64,000 nt of DNA from Raillietiella orientalis (GCA_036172245.1 JAYWIR010000003.1:1550001-1614000), one strand, 5' to 3'. Counted from the first letter of the stretch, positions 13,310 to 26,978 are shown. Numbers and translations are program-made. The notes: generated by a model not told the origin, from the sequence alone.

Positions 13310-16300
13310 TCATCTGATCCAGGAAAAAATAGGTTTAGTTAAATATTCTTTCCAAGAATCATTGTTCTTAACAGCAACTAATGTTCCTGAAATGCAACTG
13401 ATGCACGACCACTCCATGTAAGAAAATGTTCTCCTACCATTTGCAACTGAACTCAGTTCACCAATTTCTTCGGGTGCTAACTGTAGCATAGTTGTAAGCA
13501 CAGGAACTAACTGCATGCGTTCCTCACCAGCTGGAAGTTGCACAAACTGCAAGACTTCAGCATGCAGTTGAGTAACCTATATTACTTTGAGCAGGATATT
13601 TTTCAAGTATTCCAAGTTTTCTAGATGTTTTTCCCTTTCTTCATTTCTCTGATGGCGTCGTAATTCCTCTTTCAGTGCATCAAGCAGTTGAGAAAACTTA
13701 GCATTATTAGCTTCCGATTCGTTCAACAAATTAGATAGGTGCATTAGTTTTAGTTTGTAGTGTGAAATTGGATTGGCACTATCTGGTTACCTTAACAAAA
13801 TGCCAAAGTTTTATTACTTTACCTGATGACAAACCAATTAAATTGCCTGTATAAAACTCATCGTCATTAAGCAACTCTTGATTTTGCTGCAAAGTTCTCA
13901 ATTCAGAAAACTCAACAAATTTTAATACCTTGTATGTATCCATTGATCTGAATTCTTTTGTATAAGAAAAAGACTTCGCAAGTTCTGAATCTCTATGCTG
14001 TTTTAGTTTGGCATTTTGTTCCTCAAGGTCTTGTAATTGACTCTGCAAATTGTCTACATTCGCCTGAAATTGCGTTTGCAGATTCTGCAACCAACATGAA
14101 CAAGTCAAAACCATTAAACAGTCATGCACACCTCATGGCTGCACTGGAGAGAGTAAAACTCATCCTGTAGGTCTTGAATAATGCCTTTTCCTTCTGCAAG
14201 TTCATTTTCTAAAAGCTTGTACTGAATAGACCACATGTTCTCCTGGCATTGAGCTTCTTTTTGCAGTTTCTCAAATTTACACAGCATTTGATTCTTCTCC
14301 ACTTGCAAGCATTCTATCTCATGATTCAGTTCTGTAATTTGTTTTCTATGCACGTTTAGTGGTAATAAACGGTGATTTTCAACTCACTGAAGCTGCTCAT
14401 TCATGGACTTTTCTTTCTGCAGCAACTGTTCTTGATGCATGTGATCTGCTATGGATACCATGCTATCTTTTTGTTTTTGTTTATTGAGAACACACTGCAC
14501 TCTGACTTTGTAGTCTGCAAATTCCTTCTCTTTGGATCGCAGTTCTAAGCAAGTTTCATCAAGTTCGTCTTTTAACATTTGTATTTCTTTTTCCAATTCG
14601 AAAATCTGAGAATTCATTTATCTTCAAATAATATGACTTTATTAACATACTCGACGTTTATGAACGACCTGGAATGCAGCAAGCGATTCAGCACTTTTTT
14701 CTTTTTCAATTGATATCACAGTGATTTGTTCTGTTAAGTCCTGCAGCTGCTGAAGGGTAGACTCCAACTAGAAGCAAAAATAGAAACTCGACACTATAAT
14801 TACATGTCAAACAAACTTGTGACTGCGTAAAAGAAAGTTTGGCAACTGCATCAGCTTCTGCAGATTTGTGCAAATCTAACTCAGCTTCTAATGTTTTCCA
14901 AAGTTGCTGAAAAATTCTCATGAGCGGTATTTAATATCTATATTTACCTGCTGTTGGCATTCCAGCTCTTTCTTTAGATTTTCCTTGTTTTCCTGTTCAG
15001 TTTTCAGCAGTTCATTCAACTGCGAATTTTCTTGCAAACAGACTTCTAGTTTCGACTCTAAGCTTTTGTTCTTCTTGAAATGCTCTGCAATGTCCTCATT
15101 TAGCAAAGCTACTTGTTTATTGGCACACAACAGCTTCTTTTCCAGTTCTTCTTTTATTTGGATTTCTAACTAACGAAACTTTTACCAGGAATAAAAATAA
15201 GAAAAAGGAAATACTTCTATTTTCTCCTTAAGTTTTTCCTGTGTTTCATAGGCAGCACTTAAATCAGTTTTTATCTTTTCGAAATCTCGAATCTGCTTCT
15301 CAAGCAATTTGTGCCTTTTTAATTCCTCCTCCAAACTGTCTTGCAATTTATCGTATTCCACTTGAAGATTCTTTGAAGACAGTGAAAATGTAAAGCAACT
15401 CAGAAGTAATATACCAAAAATTTGCGTCTCTGAACAGATAATGGTTCCAACTCTTTAGATAAGGTTTCAATCTTCTTCTTCTGCATTTCTTTTTCCGATA
15501 ACAAAGCCTGATTCATTTCGTTCAATGTGGTTATTTTTGCTTCCAGAATAACAATCTGCTTTTTCTGCCTCAAAGCAAAGCTCTTCAACTGCAAATACGC
15601 TAATTATTAGCACATTCAATGATAATCATTGAGAGAGTATGTAGTTTCAAATCTATATTTAAAAGCTTGGAAAAGGAAACAAAAACACCCATTTCCCATT
15701 CTATTTAGAGAATGTCGATTTATGAAAACTGTAAAGAAAGCAAGATAGCATTGAAGCAAAAAAACGATCCTTATGAAGTACTTTGGTTTCCATTCCCTAT
15801 CTCATCATAAGAATAAAATTTCGTCATGTTTTACAAAGAATCGAATTTGAACATCAAAGACAATCAAAAGATTCCGAATTTCTAGCAATAACTTTTAGGG
15901 GCAAAAAACGGTGAATATGTTAATACAATTTGTGAATTGCATATAATGTTTAAGATTTGCTTAAGATTGTGGTATTCTTCTGGGCATAACTCTGCTGTTC
16001 ACTTTTATGATTACATTAATCACTCATTCCTTTCAATATTCATATGTGATCAGAGGATAAAACACTAATCTGAGATAAGCACACAAGTTTCCTAACGATG
16101 TGAACTTTTGCCCAAGAAAAAATACAATTCAAACTCCAAAGAGCTACTTGCTACAAATTTTCAGATTGTGCACTTATGTAAATTCGTTCCAAAGTAAAAT
16201 CTGTGAGCTCATGAATAATTCCTCCGAATTTTTTATAAGCCATTCCTGATGCCAAGAATACCAATGTAGGCAGTTTGAATGGGAACATTTTGTGCCATAA

Positions 16301-17101
16301 TGTAGGAGTATTAATTTTTAAATTGAATAATTTCCCCATTCTGCATTCGATCTACATCTGATTGTCACTTAGATCTAAAAATTGAATTCGGGTCATTATT
16401 CAACATGTGTTGAATTACATCAATCCATATTATTATAAGGATGGAAATTTAAACATGCACAGTTAAACTGAAGTAATAATTGACTCCAAAAATCTCCAAA
16501 AATTAATCAATAATCTTCAACAATGTTCTAACTCATCATCATTTCTCCAAAGAAAATGCAATGTTTGTTTCATGCTTTGTACCAAGTATCATTCACTTAA
16601 ATTATTCGATTATTACCTTTTCTCCAGAAATCTTTTTTTACTTTACACAAAACAACATGCTATATGAATGATTCATATTATTGCATCCATGACTGATACA
16701 AATAATCAAGTTCAAAACAAAACAGAGATTACAAGGGATGAAGAGATTATTAAATTAAACAAAGGGGATGCCAAAAAAAAATTTGTACCATGTGTACACA
16801 ACAACACGGATTTGTACACAACCAAAGAAGAAACCTACTTTGGATGTATGCAAAAGGAAAACAATTAAAACTGAAGTTCTCATTACATTTAATAAATATC
16901 TTACACAAATTCGAAAAAGAAAAATTAATGTTTTGAAATACAATAGAAAAATAAAAAATGAGAAGGCAAAAAAAACATTTATAAACATACTTTCTGACTG
17001 TATTCTTCAGGATTTCCATCAGGCTCTTTTATTTGATTAGTCACATTAGCTTGTATTGAAAATGCATTCAGTGTATCATTCTGTACAACCCCAGACTCCA
17101 T
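13310..17101 (-). CDS. GCC2: GRIP and coiled-coil domain golgin (GCC2/GCC185-like), about 634 aa, 13 exons
   Basis: Exons 16991-17101, 15415-15588, 15215-15370, 14948-15169, 14817-14906, 14651-14767, 14388-14605, 14132-14345, 13929-14084, 13823-13886, 13586-13782, 13438-13546, 13310-13386 (1905 nt, phase-consistent). E/K/Q/L-rich coiled coil; C-terminus HLSNLLNESEANNA..LKEELRRHQRNEEREKHLENLEYLKNILLKFV..ERMQLVPVLTTMLQLAPEE is a GCC2-type GRIP domain. First exon and the in-frame 42-nt intron are less certain. Confidence 0.88.
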
Positions 17102-17475
17102 TTGCAAACTAGTTATAAAAAATGCATTGAACTGAATGTTACCAAACAAACATTTGGCATTAATATTAATTTACTTATTCACTATTTTCACATCAATAAT
17201 AAACTGTATAATCATTCATCAACTCAACATAATCAAGTCAACTGTATTATTTCACATACTTCAGCTCAGAAATATTTTAGCAGAATAAGACAAATAATTC
17301 GACACTACTCTAAATCAACTTCATTCAAACACATCAATAATCTATCATCACTTCAATCTAATCTAAACATTTCTCGAGCTACATCAAAATAATCTCCACA
17401 GAGTGAATATCATTTAATAAAAAAAACATACGTGTAACAATACGAGCATTAAACATCAAAAATTAGCTTTCCAGT

Positions 17476-19499
17476 TTATCCAAAAAACTTGTTCAGTTTT
17501 TCTATGAAACAAAATACAAATTATAAACCGAGTTCTAAAAGTAAATGAAAACTAAAAGTGTCAGTGGAGCATTATTGCAATACCAATTTCCAAGCTTAGT
17601 GGATTACAAACAACTATCCACAGTAAAATGATTAATGTTAAATTAATGAAGTACTTGATAAACTCATTATCGAATTTTCCTTTAAGATTCTATTATCACT
17701 GTTTTTCAAGGAAAAGCTTCCAAAGGCATAATCAGAATGAAAAGTTCCGCTTCTGTTCTTTTTTTTGAAAGAAAATCAAAATTTTTATTCATTACAAAGT
17801 CTTTATGGTGTTTCCTAACATTCCCCCCCCTCAAAAAAAAATTATCATAATTATGTTATTTCCCATGACATTACAGCAAGCTATTTAGCAATATTATGGT
17901 AACATTATGGTAACAATATTTGGGAGCATGACCAGGCTTTCACACTTGAAATTTGTATTGCTTTTTTAACTTGCACATTTCCTGGCACAGGGTTTTTTGG
18001 CTGAAATATTTTGCAATGTGCTACTATAAATGACAACTTTTACAGTTTCTGTTTCATAACCAAGGCTTCAAAGTGATCCCAATTTAATGAGGTTAAACCA
18101 ATGACCAGCTCCAAAAAATATATATATATATAATAAAATCAGTTGTTGAGCATTTCTGAATTAGCATTTTATAAGAAACTGGTAAAAGCATCGCTAAGGG
18201 AATATAACTCACTTGGTGTCATTCTGTAATATAGACAAAATGGTCTCATTTCTCTTTCTCCAGTGACGAAAAAATTCGTCGAAAATATGTTCCGCTGTTT
18301 CCTTCAAATTCTTATGAAATATTTTAATGGATTCCAATTCTTGAATCACTACTTGCTGCTTTGTTGACATGTTCAATACCATTGCATTTATCCCGGAAGC
18401 ACATTTACACCGTCCTACGCTTACACTTAACCGTACACATAATCAGTTCCAGCATGGTAAAAGTCTGCCCTGCGAATCTCCGTGGTCACTGAAGGAACTT
18501 CTGAATGGATTTTCTCGTGCAAAGATGTTTTCTGAACATTGTAATTCCCTTCCCTAATTTAAAATGTTCCGAACGTGGGCGCATATTAATCAGACACCGC
18601 TGATTTCAATTAAGCCAGAGCCATTTTCTTTGAAAGTTTGATCCGACCCATCTATTCGATTCAAAAGGACGTGGTACTCGAAGTAGGAAGATAAAACATT
18701 GGTTCGAAAGCTTAAATCATAAATTGCCATTTTAATAGGTAATGCAAATACTGGTACGACGTAATTCAAGCGTGTGACGTTTGGTGCTGGTTCATCCGCA
18801 CCATTTTTAACTGGAATGATAAACAGTGTAATAAAATTGAAGTATCGGATTTACACGGAATCTCTTTCTGGAGGTTGCAGCTGTAGAGAACAAACCAGAT
18901 ACAACAAAAATCTTGACATTAATCTTACATTTAAAGTGTGCTTTATGTCTTACATGGTAGGTGTACCCAATTTACTGCAGACATACTCATTGCTAGTGTT
19001 TGACGCAATCGCTGTATTTATTTTACAAGGAAAAGAAAATGAAATTATTTAATTACAGGAGCATCCAGAATTATTCAAACTGCTTGCTAAAAGACACCTT
19101 GAAAGAATGTCCAGATCTGGAAATCATTTTCTGGTGTTTACATCAATCCCGAAAATTTTAAACCGCAACTTTCTCAAATTCCATCCCTAATTCTGTACAA
19201 TTACACGTCGAAAGGAACCTTTCAGAATATGAACAGAACTTTTGCACAGGTCATCATCAAATACTTTTGAATTTGTTGTGAAGCAACAATTATATGAATG
19301 TTTGTTTTACAAATGCGCAAACTCATGCAATTTTGAATAAGTCTGACAAATTGAAAGATAAGTAGATGATGCTTTTTTGCTCCTAGTTCCTCCTTTACAA
19401 TATAATCGAAGATTGATTTTTTCTCTCATTAGTAAATTAATAAAATAGACTTGTGATTGTAGAGCCCTTCTCATTACACAGCTACTGCTAATCCTGCTT
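17476..19499 (-). CDS. Uncharacterised multi-exon gene (5' end not resolved)
   Basis: Ten GT-AG bounded exons splice in consistent phase with no stop: 19451-19499, 19311-19392, 19219-19263, 19057-19116, 18987-19011, 18855-18880, 18598-18810, 18213-18414, 17655-17752, 17476-17501. No recognised domain; model built by eye. Confidence 0.55.
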
Positions 19500-21531
19500 C
19501 TAAGATTTCACAACCGTACAAAATGTATAATGCAACTCACAAAAATCCAATAACTAGATTTTAGTATTGTAACTCTATTGTACTGATATTTTAATGAAAA
19601 AGATCGAATAATTCAATTATTGATGGATGAATGCAATCTTCTTAGACTTAGAAGTATTTTACTGAAAATTTGGATTGCTACTATGTATTTGAAATTAAGC
19701 AAAATGTCTGCAAAACACATGTATGATGCAGAAAGCTTTTTTTTAAAAAAATTTCTCAAGCAAGAAATAAGCACAGTCCACAATGGAAACACTATGAAAT
19801 TCTGCAGACATAGCAGAAAACCATAACCGAGAACTGACGATTATCAGAAGCCACAAAATCTCCATGTGTTCAAGAGATGGGAGAAATGAAACGAAGATGA
19901 TGATAATTAATGACCGTCAGTAGTGATTAAATTATAAAAATAATTCATGTTTACGCAGATACTTCCTTAAAGTTTTTTTTTTATTTTAATCTTTCCTAAA
20001 TTGCTTTAAATATCTAAATAGGAATTGGAAATTTCACTGAAATTGTTTGATCAATGAAATGAAAGCATGAGTCATGGTTCCACAAGAATTTAAGTTTGTT
20101 AAAATGTAATATATATGGTTTGCTAATTAATTATACTCAAGCAAATACAAAATGAATGTTCACCATAACCGAGTTCTTTTTAGAAATCTCCTTCAGTCTA
20201 ATTTTATTGCCTTTTCCCTTAACATCTGATGTTTAACGCCTTCTAAATGATTTAGAAGTACTAGTAATTCGTGTTTTGTTTATTAGAGTGAAACTGACAT
20301 TAATGCTAGATGTTGATGGGTTAAATAAAATGACTGCTATGAGTAAGGAAATATAGTTGAATTTGGTTATGTTAGTATGAGCAGTATGTTTGTAATAGAT
20401 TATTGGGTTGCGTAGTTTGGAGATATTATAAGATTTTAATTTTAAGTTAATATTGGTTTTCTAAAGTTTGAAACATAGTAATGGTTTATGTGAAGTAGTA
20501 GTAATTAGAATGAGGTAGAGATTTTAAGTTTTATCTTTAAAGTGTTTGGATTAATTACTTATTTTTATGTAGTAATGAAGGTTTATTTTAATTCATTCTA
20601 AATCCCATTAAATTTGGAATTTTTTGTACTTTGAAGCTACCTTCATAAAATTATGATGAAAATATGGAGTCATGTTTATGGAGTGTACAGATGACAGATG
20701 TGCTGGAAAATATGACAGTCATCTGTGTATGCTGCGTGTTTCGATAGAGCTTCCTGGATCGAGCACTTTTTTTTTTGCGAATAAAACAACTCTGACGGAT
20801 TGCTATTCATTTGAATGTAACTTGTTTTGAAGGTTACAATAAGTAATTGTATGAAAAAAGTATGAAAAAATTCGAATTCGAGTTAATGTTTTTCAAAGTT
20901 AAGCATTCTTTATTCATTTTCTTTCTTCCTTCACGAACATACTAGCACGGCTCAGTTGTAATCGCAAGCATCTTTTTAATATCCTTAACAAAAAAGTACA
21001 GAAATCCGGCGGCATTTCCTTTCGTGTTAACGAAATGAAACTAATAAAATTCATCAGCTGATAAAGTGTTAAACTACTGGATGATTTTTCTATTAATTGA
21101 TTTCTGAAGCGAGGATGTCTCTGGCTGGATGTAGTTGTGCAGTCCGGCCATCATGAATGCAACACTTGAAAAAATGTACATTAAATTTTCCGATAAGGTG
21201 TAATTCAAACACCGATGTGCATTCATTTGACATTTCTTGGTGTGTTATACTGTTCTACACTAAACTGCTTACGAAGCACCTTCGTATTCATTTTTAGTGA
21301 GTTTGAAAATACACAACGCATATGTGAAAGTGTTTAGAAAAAAGACAGGGGAACACCGGAATCATCTGAATTCGATTGAAGAATGCGATGATGGTGACCA
21401 AAACTGATCTTGCAGAATCCCGTGCAAGGTCAGTGTATGGGAGGGAAGTTTGTGGAAATAAAGCAAACGTTTTGTGGTGCTAATGGGCCTGTAGTGTTAA
21501 GGTCAAAGGCGTTTTCGGTGAAAGCCACAAC

Positions 21532-22185
21532 ATGACCAATCTACTCCGGATTTGCAAGTTACCGATAAAAAAACTGCTTAATGATGGAGACATGTGCATG
21601 TCATTGATGATAGTCAAGTTTTTCCGCCCAGCATATTGCAGACCCATTTGCGCTGTGAAGTGCATTCGTAGCAAGATTGGAGAAGATGTCGTTGACAAAT
21701 CGAATACAGACGAATTTAAAATGATATTCAGGTTTCCTTACATAACCCATAGTAGGCTAATTTGCAGAATGAAAATTTATCAAACATGTTTTGCAAGTTT
21801 ACTTTGTATTGGTTCCACCATTTCATACTTATGTGGCGCACATTTAGAGGTGCATGTAAAATATACATTTGGAATTGCTGTTTTTGCATGTGGAATGTTG
21901 TACATCATGGGTGAATTTTTCAGAAGATTAATTGGAATTATTTATTACAACGAGTCAAAACAGTTGTTAAAGATTGCTCATCTCAACTTTTGGGGAAACC
22001 GTAATGATTTTGTAACATCAGTTAGTGATGTTATTCCCTTAAGTGATACAATCAAAAATTCTGGTGATATCTGCCATCATCTTTTGAGGTATTCAACAAA
22101 TGAAAAATTATATATTTGCTTAAAATTTGGTGGAATAATTGATGAAAGTTTATTCTCTAAAGCATTGGGGAGATTGAATCAATGA
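21532..22185 (+). CDS. TMEM186: Transmembrane protein 186 (mitochondrial complex I assembly factor)
   Basis: 217-aa uninterrupted ORF with FRFPYI..RMKIYQT, two hydrophobic helices, FFRRLIGIIYYNE..LKIAHLNFWGNR, DVIPLSD, LKFGGIID, matching the TMEM186 family; AATAAA at 22257-22262. True start Met uncertain. Confidence 0.92.
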   Translation: MTNLLRICKLPIKKLLNDGDMCMSLMIVKFFRPAYCRPICAVKCIRSKIGEDVVDKSNTDEFKMIFRFPYITHSRLICRMKIYQTCFASLLCIGSTISYLCGAHLEVHVKYTFGIAVFACGMLYIMGEFFRRLIGIIYYNESKQLLKIAHLNFWGNRNDFVTSVSDVIPLSDTIKNSGDICHHLLRYSTNEKLYICLKFGGIIDESLFSKALGRLNQ

Positions 22186-23399
22186 AGTTATGAATAAGTC
22201 TTCAAACACATATTAAAAACGTGATCCATATTCAGTGCTATGTAGCACAACTTGGAAATAAAATCAAGTGTGGATATTTCTGTTGTGTAATAGCACTGCT
22301 TATTATTCATTATAAGCACTTGAGATTGCTATACTTGGATGAAGATTTTAATGTTTGAAATGCTTTTATTTTTCTATTTTATTATCAATTATCAATGATT
22401 TCATTATTTTTCAATTTCATTTCTTTATTCATGACAGTCCTTCACACAGCTTTGAGGCTATGTAGAATTGAAACTGTGGTAAGCTGTTCTTGTTGTTAGT
22501 ATCATTAATTCTAGATTCATTCATTTGACTTACAATTTCTCATTATGATAGTAGGGAAGAGAAACTGAGTTTGTAACTTTATCCCAAGTTTGCAGCAAGA
22601 AGACTTCATTTGCAGATTGTAACATTGCCCCATTTTGCTTTTCTAAATCATCTGTGGTTATTTTTGATATTTAGAGATTGGTCAAATAACTGGCAACTTC
22701 CTTATCACGATGTATTATTCTAAAGGATGCATTTGCAAATGTTTATGATAATTGTCAAGGTTTTTTGTATCTTTTGATTTTCACATTTGCTTAAGAAGTG
22801 AATGTATTTATTTAGTGGGAATGTGCTTGTTTTGTGCAAATTTCAGTTAAAATGAACGAAAATGAAGTAAAATAAAATGATTTACATTTAAGTATGTAAG
22901 TTGGCCTGGAATTTTTCTTTTATGCACCTGATTCTGCCAGTTACTGTAAGTCAAGAATAATAAATTAACATTAAACATGACTTTCTATCGTTCGTCATAA
23001 ACAATTACCATTCAGAGATTATGTATTCACTTGTTACTGTTTGTTTCTAAAGCTAACTGTAAAACAAGAGGTGATAAGTTTTGTTAATCATGTAACTTTC
23101 TGAATGTAGTCCTAGGAAATTTTTTTTAAACGTTTTGAATTACTAAGAATCCGAAGATATTTGGCATCTCTTCGGATTTGGCACGTTTGGGGAAGGTGTA
23201 ATGTTTCTATAAAGATGATACTAGTGTGTAACCCTTTTTCTAACATGTGCTTCACACGCAAATTATTACTTCATCTCGATTGACTTGACACCGTCCGTCA
23301 CGCCGAATGAAGTCTGTTCCACTTTATGAAAGTACGGGAATTTACTCGGCTTCCATGAGGTCACATTTGAAGGATGGAAGTCCGTGGACGCTCACGCGT

Positions 23400-25330
23400 A
23401 TTTTGTGACTATCATCTTTAATATATGCCTACTCTAGTAGCAAACAAAGGCCCGTTGCTTCCAAAGTTTTCTCCAGTCTCCAGCGACACTGACAACTGGG
23501 GACGGATGTCATTAAGAAACAACGTCTACCACTTAATCGCAAGCTTCGTACATGGATGGATTTTAGATAGTTTATGAATGTACTTCGCAATAGCTGGACA
23601 CATTGTACCTGAGGCCTGTAATGTGCTGGACGCAAAAACTTATATCTCTTCAAAGGCACGTCTCGATCTTTTCTGTTGGGGACAGTCTGTGTCCCAAAAG
23701 AAAGGATTTCTACCTTTGACAGGCTCTTTAAGCAAAACTCTGTTTCGTGCATACTGGACGATACTGAACTGTGCTCTCAGATCCTTTGCATTGCATCTAT
23801 TAATCTCAAATGCTCTGGGAACTGTTCAGAGCATTTGAGATTTCACATGAACGTTTGGAGAAGTATTAAAGGAAGAAGGATTAGCGAAGACTTTCTGAAG
23901 ATTGTCACTATGAAGATGCATCTATCTACGTCCAGGCGGATTCCTAGTTCACGCATATCAGAATGCCAAGTGGAGTGAAGCGAGGATGCCTTCTTACTTA
24001 TTTGATCTTCAAAGTCTTCGACGAACTCTTTCTCCGCAGGCTGAGAGCAGAGTTCAGCTGTGAATCCTTCCTTTGCATGCGCCTTCAATTTAGTACTGTC
24101 GGTGGAGTCGGAAGGTTAACAAATGCTGGAGGATACCTCTCTTCGAGAGTTGGACTCACTGTTAGCCTGGGGAAGTGAGTCATCTTCCAGCACTCGGTGC
24201 AGATACCTTGAGTTGCGAGGAAGGCTATTTTTCAGATCGATGGAGAATACATCTTCTCCAGCATATTCTAAAGGGTTGCGATAAATGCCCTGGCATGACC
24301 GGATTTAAACAAATGGTTAAGAGTCGGAATATTTCCAGTCTGGGCCTACAAAAAAGCACGCCGTTGCCAAAACGGATTCTAAAATGCTCTTATTTTAGAC
24401 ATATGGACAGGATGTCGACGCTTAGGGAATGTTCTCTTTCTTCCAGCGTCGTCCATTATTAGAGGTTGGGCGTGTACTCCAAAGAAGATTGGCATTTTAC
24501 AAATAAGCTCATAATATGAGTCAAGAAGTGTCTCCATCTTCTGGGAAGGCCAACAAATGCATCTGTTGTGTCCGCTCTAAGGAGATGTCAGTTTCATGAT
24601 CTTCCGATAAGGAGGACGTCCTCCTTATCGTGAACATTCCTCCGAGCTCGTGACGCCTCCAGAGAACTTAAAAATCTCTGAGAGAATCTGAGTGGTGTAG
24701 TGGCCGAAAGAATATTGGCCATACTTACAGGTGCAGATTTCAGGAGAATCATGTCTGGAAAATTCAAAAGAAGAGGTCTTTCCTTTTGCAAGTACGTCGG
24801 ATTACCCCCGGAGTGAATCTCTAAACTAGCCACCAGAGATCCCAGCTTCGAATGCGGCCACGGACGCACACAGGTCCACCCCTCGACCCGAGCGATCAGG
24901 AAAGTCACGTACGGAGCTGCTACAAATCCTTTCCAGCCCGCTTCTCGCATCGTGAATCTTCAGAGAGCGATCCACATGGAGTGGGATCTCCGCGCAGAAG
25001 GATGAGCAGCAACTGCGAACGAAGCATTCTGCATTCCAGGGTGGCAGACAGATGCAACCCAACATCTCTTAAAGCAGGAAGAAGTACTTTTCTCTTGAGA
25101 ATTCGGTCAATGCACAGGCGGTATGATCTGCATCAATGCCTTCTAACCACGCGAACGGACGCTTCCGTGCTTGTGCACAACCTAAACGACGAAATTCAGA
25201 TTTCAGCTTCCCTGTTCTCTAGGGAAAAAATTCCTCCTTCATTCCAGCAGGAGAAAGCCACCTCCCATTTGGGTGCCGTCAGCTGCACCATCCCATCTTT
25301 AAAAACATGCTGATAGCACCGTTCATGTAT
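23400..25330 (-). pseudogene. Degenerate phenuivirus-like L fragment, motif B to mid/C-terminal region
   Basis: Colinear: WLEGI (motif B-like), CVRP, GQYSFGHY, IRFGN, PDW, MLEKMYSPSI (recalled LAEKVHSPGV), NRCNAKDL (LRCKAEDL), RYKFL, TFINYLKSIHVRSLRLSG (QFRNFIAHVDAKSRSVRLLG). Confidence 0.75.
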
Positions 25331-25379
25331 TCTGTTGTCACTTGGCAACAACGTTCGCCTCACGGTTCCAGAAAAGTTC

Positions 25380-26978
25380 ATTTTCCTCTTGGGGCTCCAG
25401 AGGTCTCCCAGCACCAATACGATCCCAAAGGAACCAAAGGCATCCAGCAAAATTCCAATAGCCACGAAAGGGAGAGGTCCCACTCGCCACGGTTTGAGCC
25501 GCGTCGGGTTGCCGTCTTCTTGCCGACCTCCCTCACATGCAGGCGCCAACTCTCACTGACTGAGCAGTGTCGCTGCACTGCAAGACACGTAGCAAGAGGT
25601 CCCGACTCTTCCTTGGGTAACACCCACCGCGGCGCAAACACCCAGGAAGCCGGCTGCGTTGCGACACAGTAGGAAAACGACGTGCGACCCAAAGAGGCTA
25701 CAACGGGCGTTGTCGCATGCATCAGCGGACGTCGTAACGAGATCTCTTAGCGCTCCGACCGGCCTCTGGCCCCCCTTAGAACGCTTTGCCGCAACCCTAG
25801 GAACTTCCGACGGCAACTCCAGGGACTCTTTGAAACCCCTGCTCGTTCGTAACTCCCTTAGGCCAGCAGCATCGCTAGCATCCCCTTGCTGCTTCCGTGG
25901 AGTTGTAACGGCCTGAAGCGATGCAAGAGGATGCAGCGACAGCGATGCCATCCACTTTAAAAGTCCGTTTCGAGAGGATAGCAACGAGATGGCCCCATCT
26001 GAAAAGCAGAACGCAACAACTTGCAGCATCCTCGAGAAGATGCAGAGGGTTCTCTCCAGAAAAACGTGATGCCTTTCCGCAGCACGCACCCTCCTCCCCT
26101 CCAAAATTCATTTCTTTCTTTTATTTTTGTTTCCTTTCCCTTTTGTTTGTCTCCTTCTCTCTGCTGCTGTGGCGAACATCTTCAGTCTGCGTACTGACTA
26201 CACGGCAGTTTAACCCTTGGACTAGAAATGAAAGAACCACAGGACCTACCACAAAAATCTCGAATACTTTTTTTATTGAATAAACGCCGCAGCATATCCG
26301 GGTGACAACTTCTACCGAACTATGCAAAGCTGCTCACCTCACCAAGGAGACTCCCCCTTGCGAAGTATTGCCAATCGCTTGGGGACTTACTCAGCTGATG
26401 CCTCACCTCCCCTACCCCATCTTCCCAGAATTGCCGACAAACGTCCTCCACGAGCTCCCTTCTCCCCTTTCAAGGAAAGGCAGCCACTCTTCCCTGTCTC
26501 GCAACGTCAGGGAACGGATCCGCATGAAAGGAAAGCTCGGGACCGCCACGACTACGGCGGCTGCACGCACGCCTCTTGCACGTCGCCTGAGGTGCACCGG
26601 AAGCATCTCCAAGGCCGTCCCGGTTCCTGGCCCAGCCAAGACGCCGCGTGCGACAGCGACCGTGGTCGCACAGGGTGAAGATGCGTCCAGCCGCGCGTCA
26701 GCACCCCAGCCGCGTTGCCACTCGAAAACTGCAGCGCGCTCCAGTTGACAGAGAGGGCTATCGTGGCAGCTTCTCCTCCACTCCGCCGCGCAAGAGATCC
26801 CCCACCCGCGCTAGAGTTGTGCGCCCGACCGGCCCGGGACGGTCGGGCGCAGATCAAAACGGATGAAAGTTGAGTCACTCCTCGAATGCGCTGCATTCGA
26901 GGGCGCACGAACGCGCGCTCATGCGCCTTCGTCTTGGAGAAACGGGCGAGAAGCTATCGATGCCGCCGCTGTGATCGC
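25380..26978 (-). pseudogene. Degenerate L fragment (motif A to RQED region), split by the LINE at 25763-26309; inverted paralog of 59977-61000
   Basis: AAGFLGV, PACEGGRQEDGN (recalled RVFV ASRQEDYSN); long nucleotide matches to the reverse complement of 59977-60960. Confidence 0.65.
25763..26309 (+). mobile_element. L1/Tx1-like LINE, 3' fragment (ORF2 C-terminus + 3' UTR)
   Basis: PAASLASPCCFRGVV, RWPHLKSRTQQLA, T-rich UTR, AATAAA at 26279-26284 and family terminal motif. Confidence 0.8.

Noticed and set aside
18213..18414. Resemblance of one exon to proteasome activator PA28 C-terminus
   Set aside because: Flanking exons lack any PA28 motif; similarity is only helical pattern.
20650..21420. 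C/D-box-like ATGATGA/CTGA words and small candidate exons
   Set aside because: No terminal stems, guide complementarity or consistent exon chain seen.
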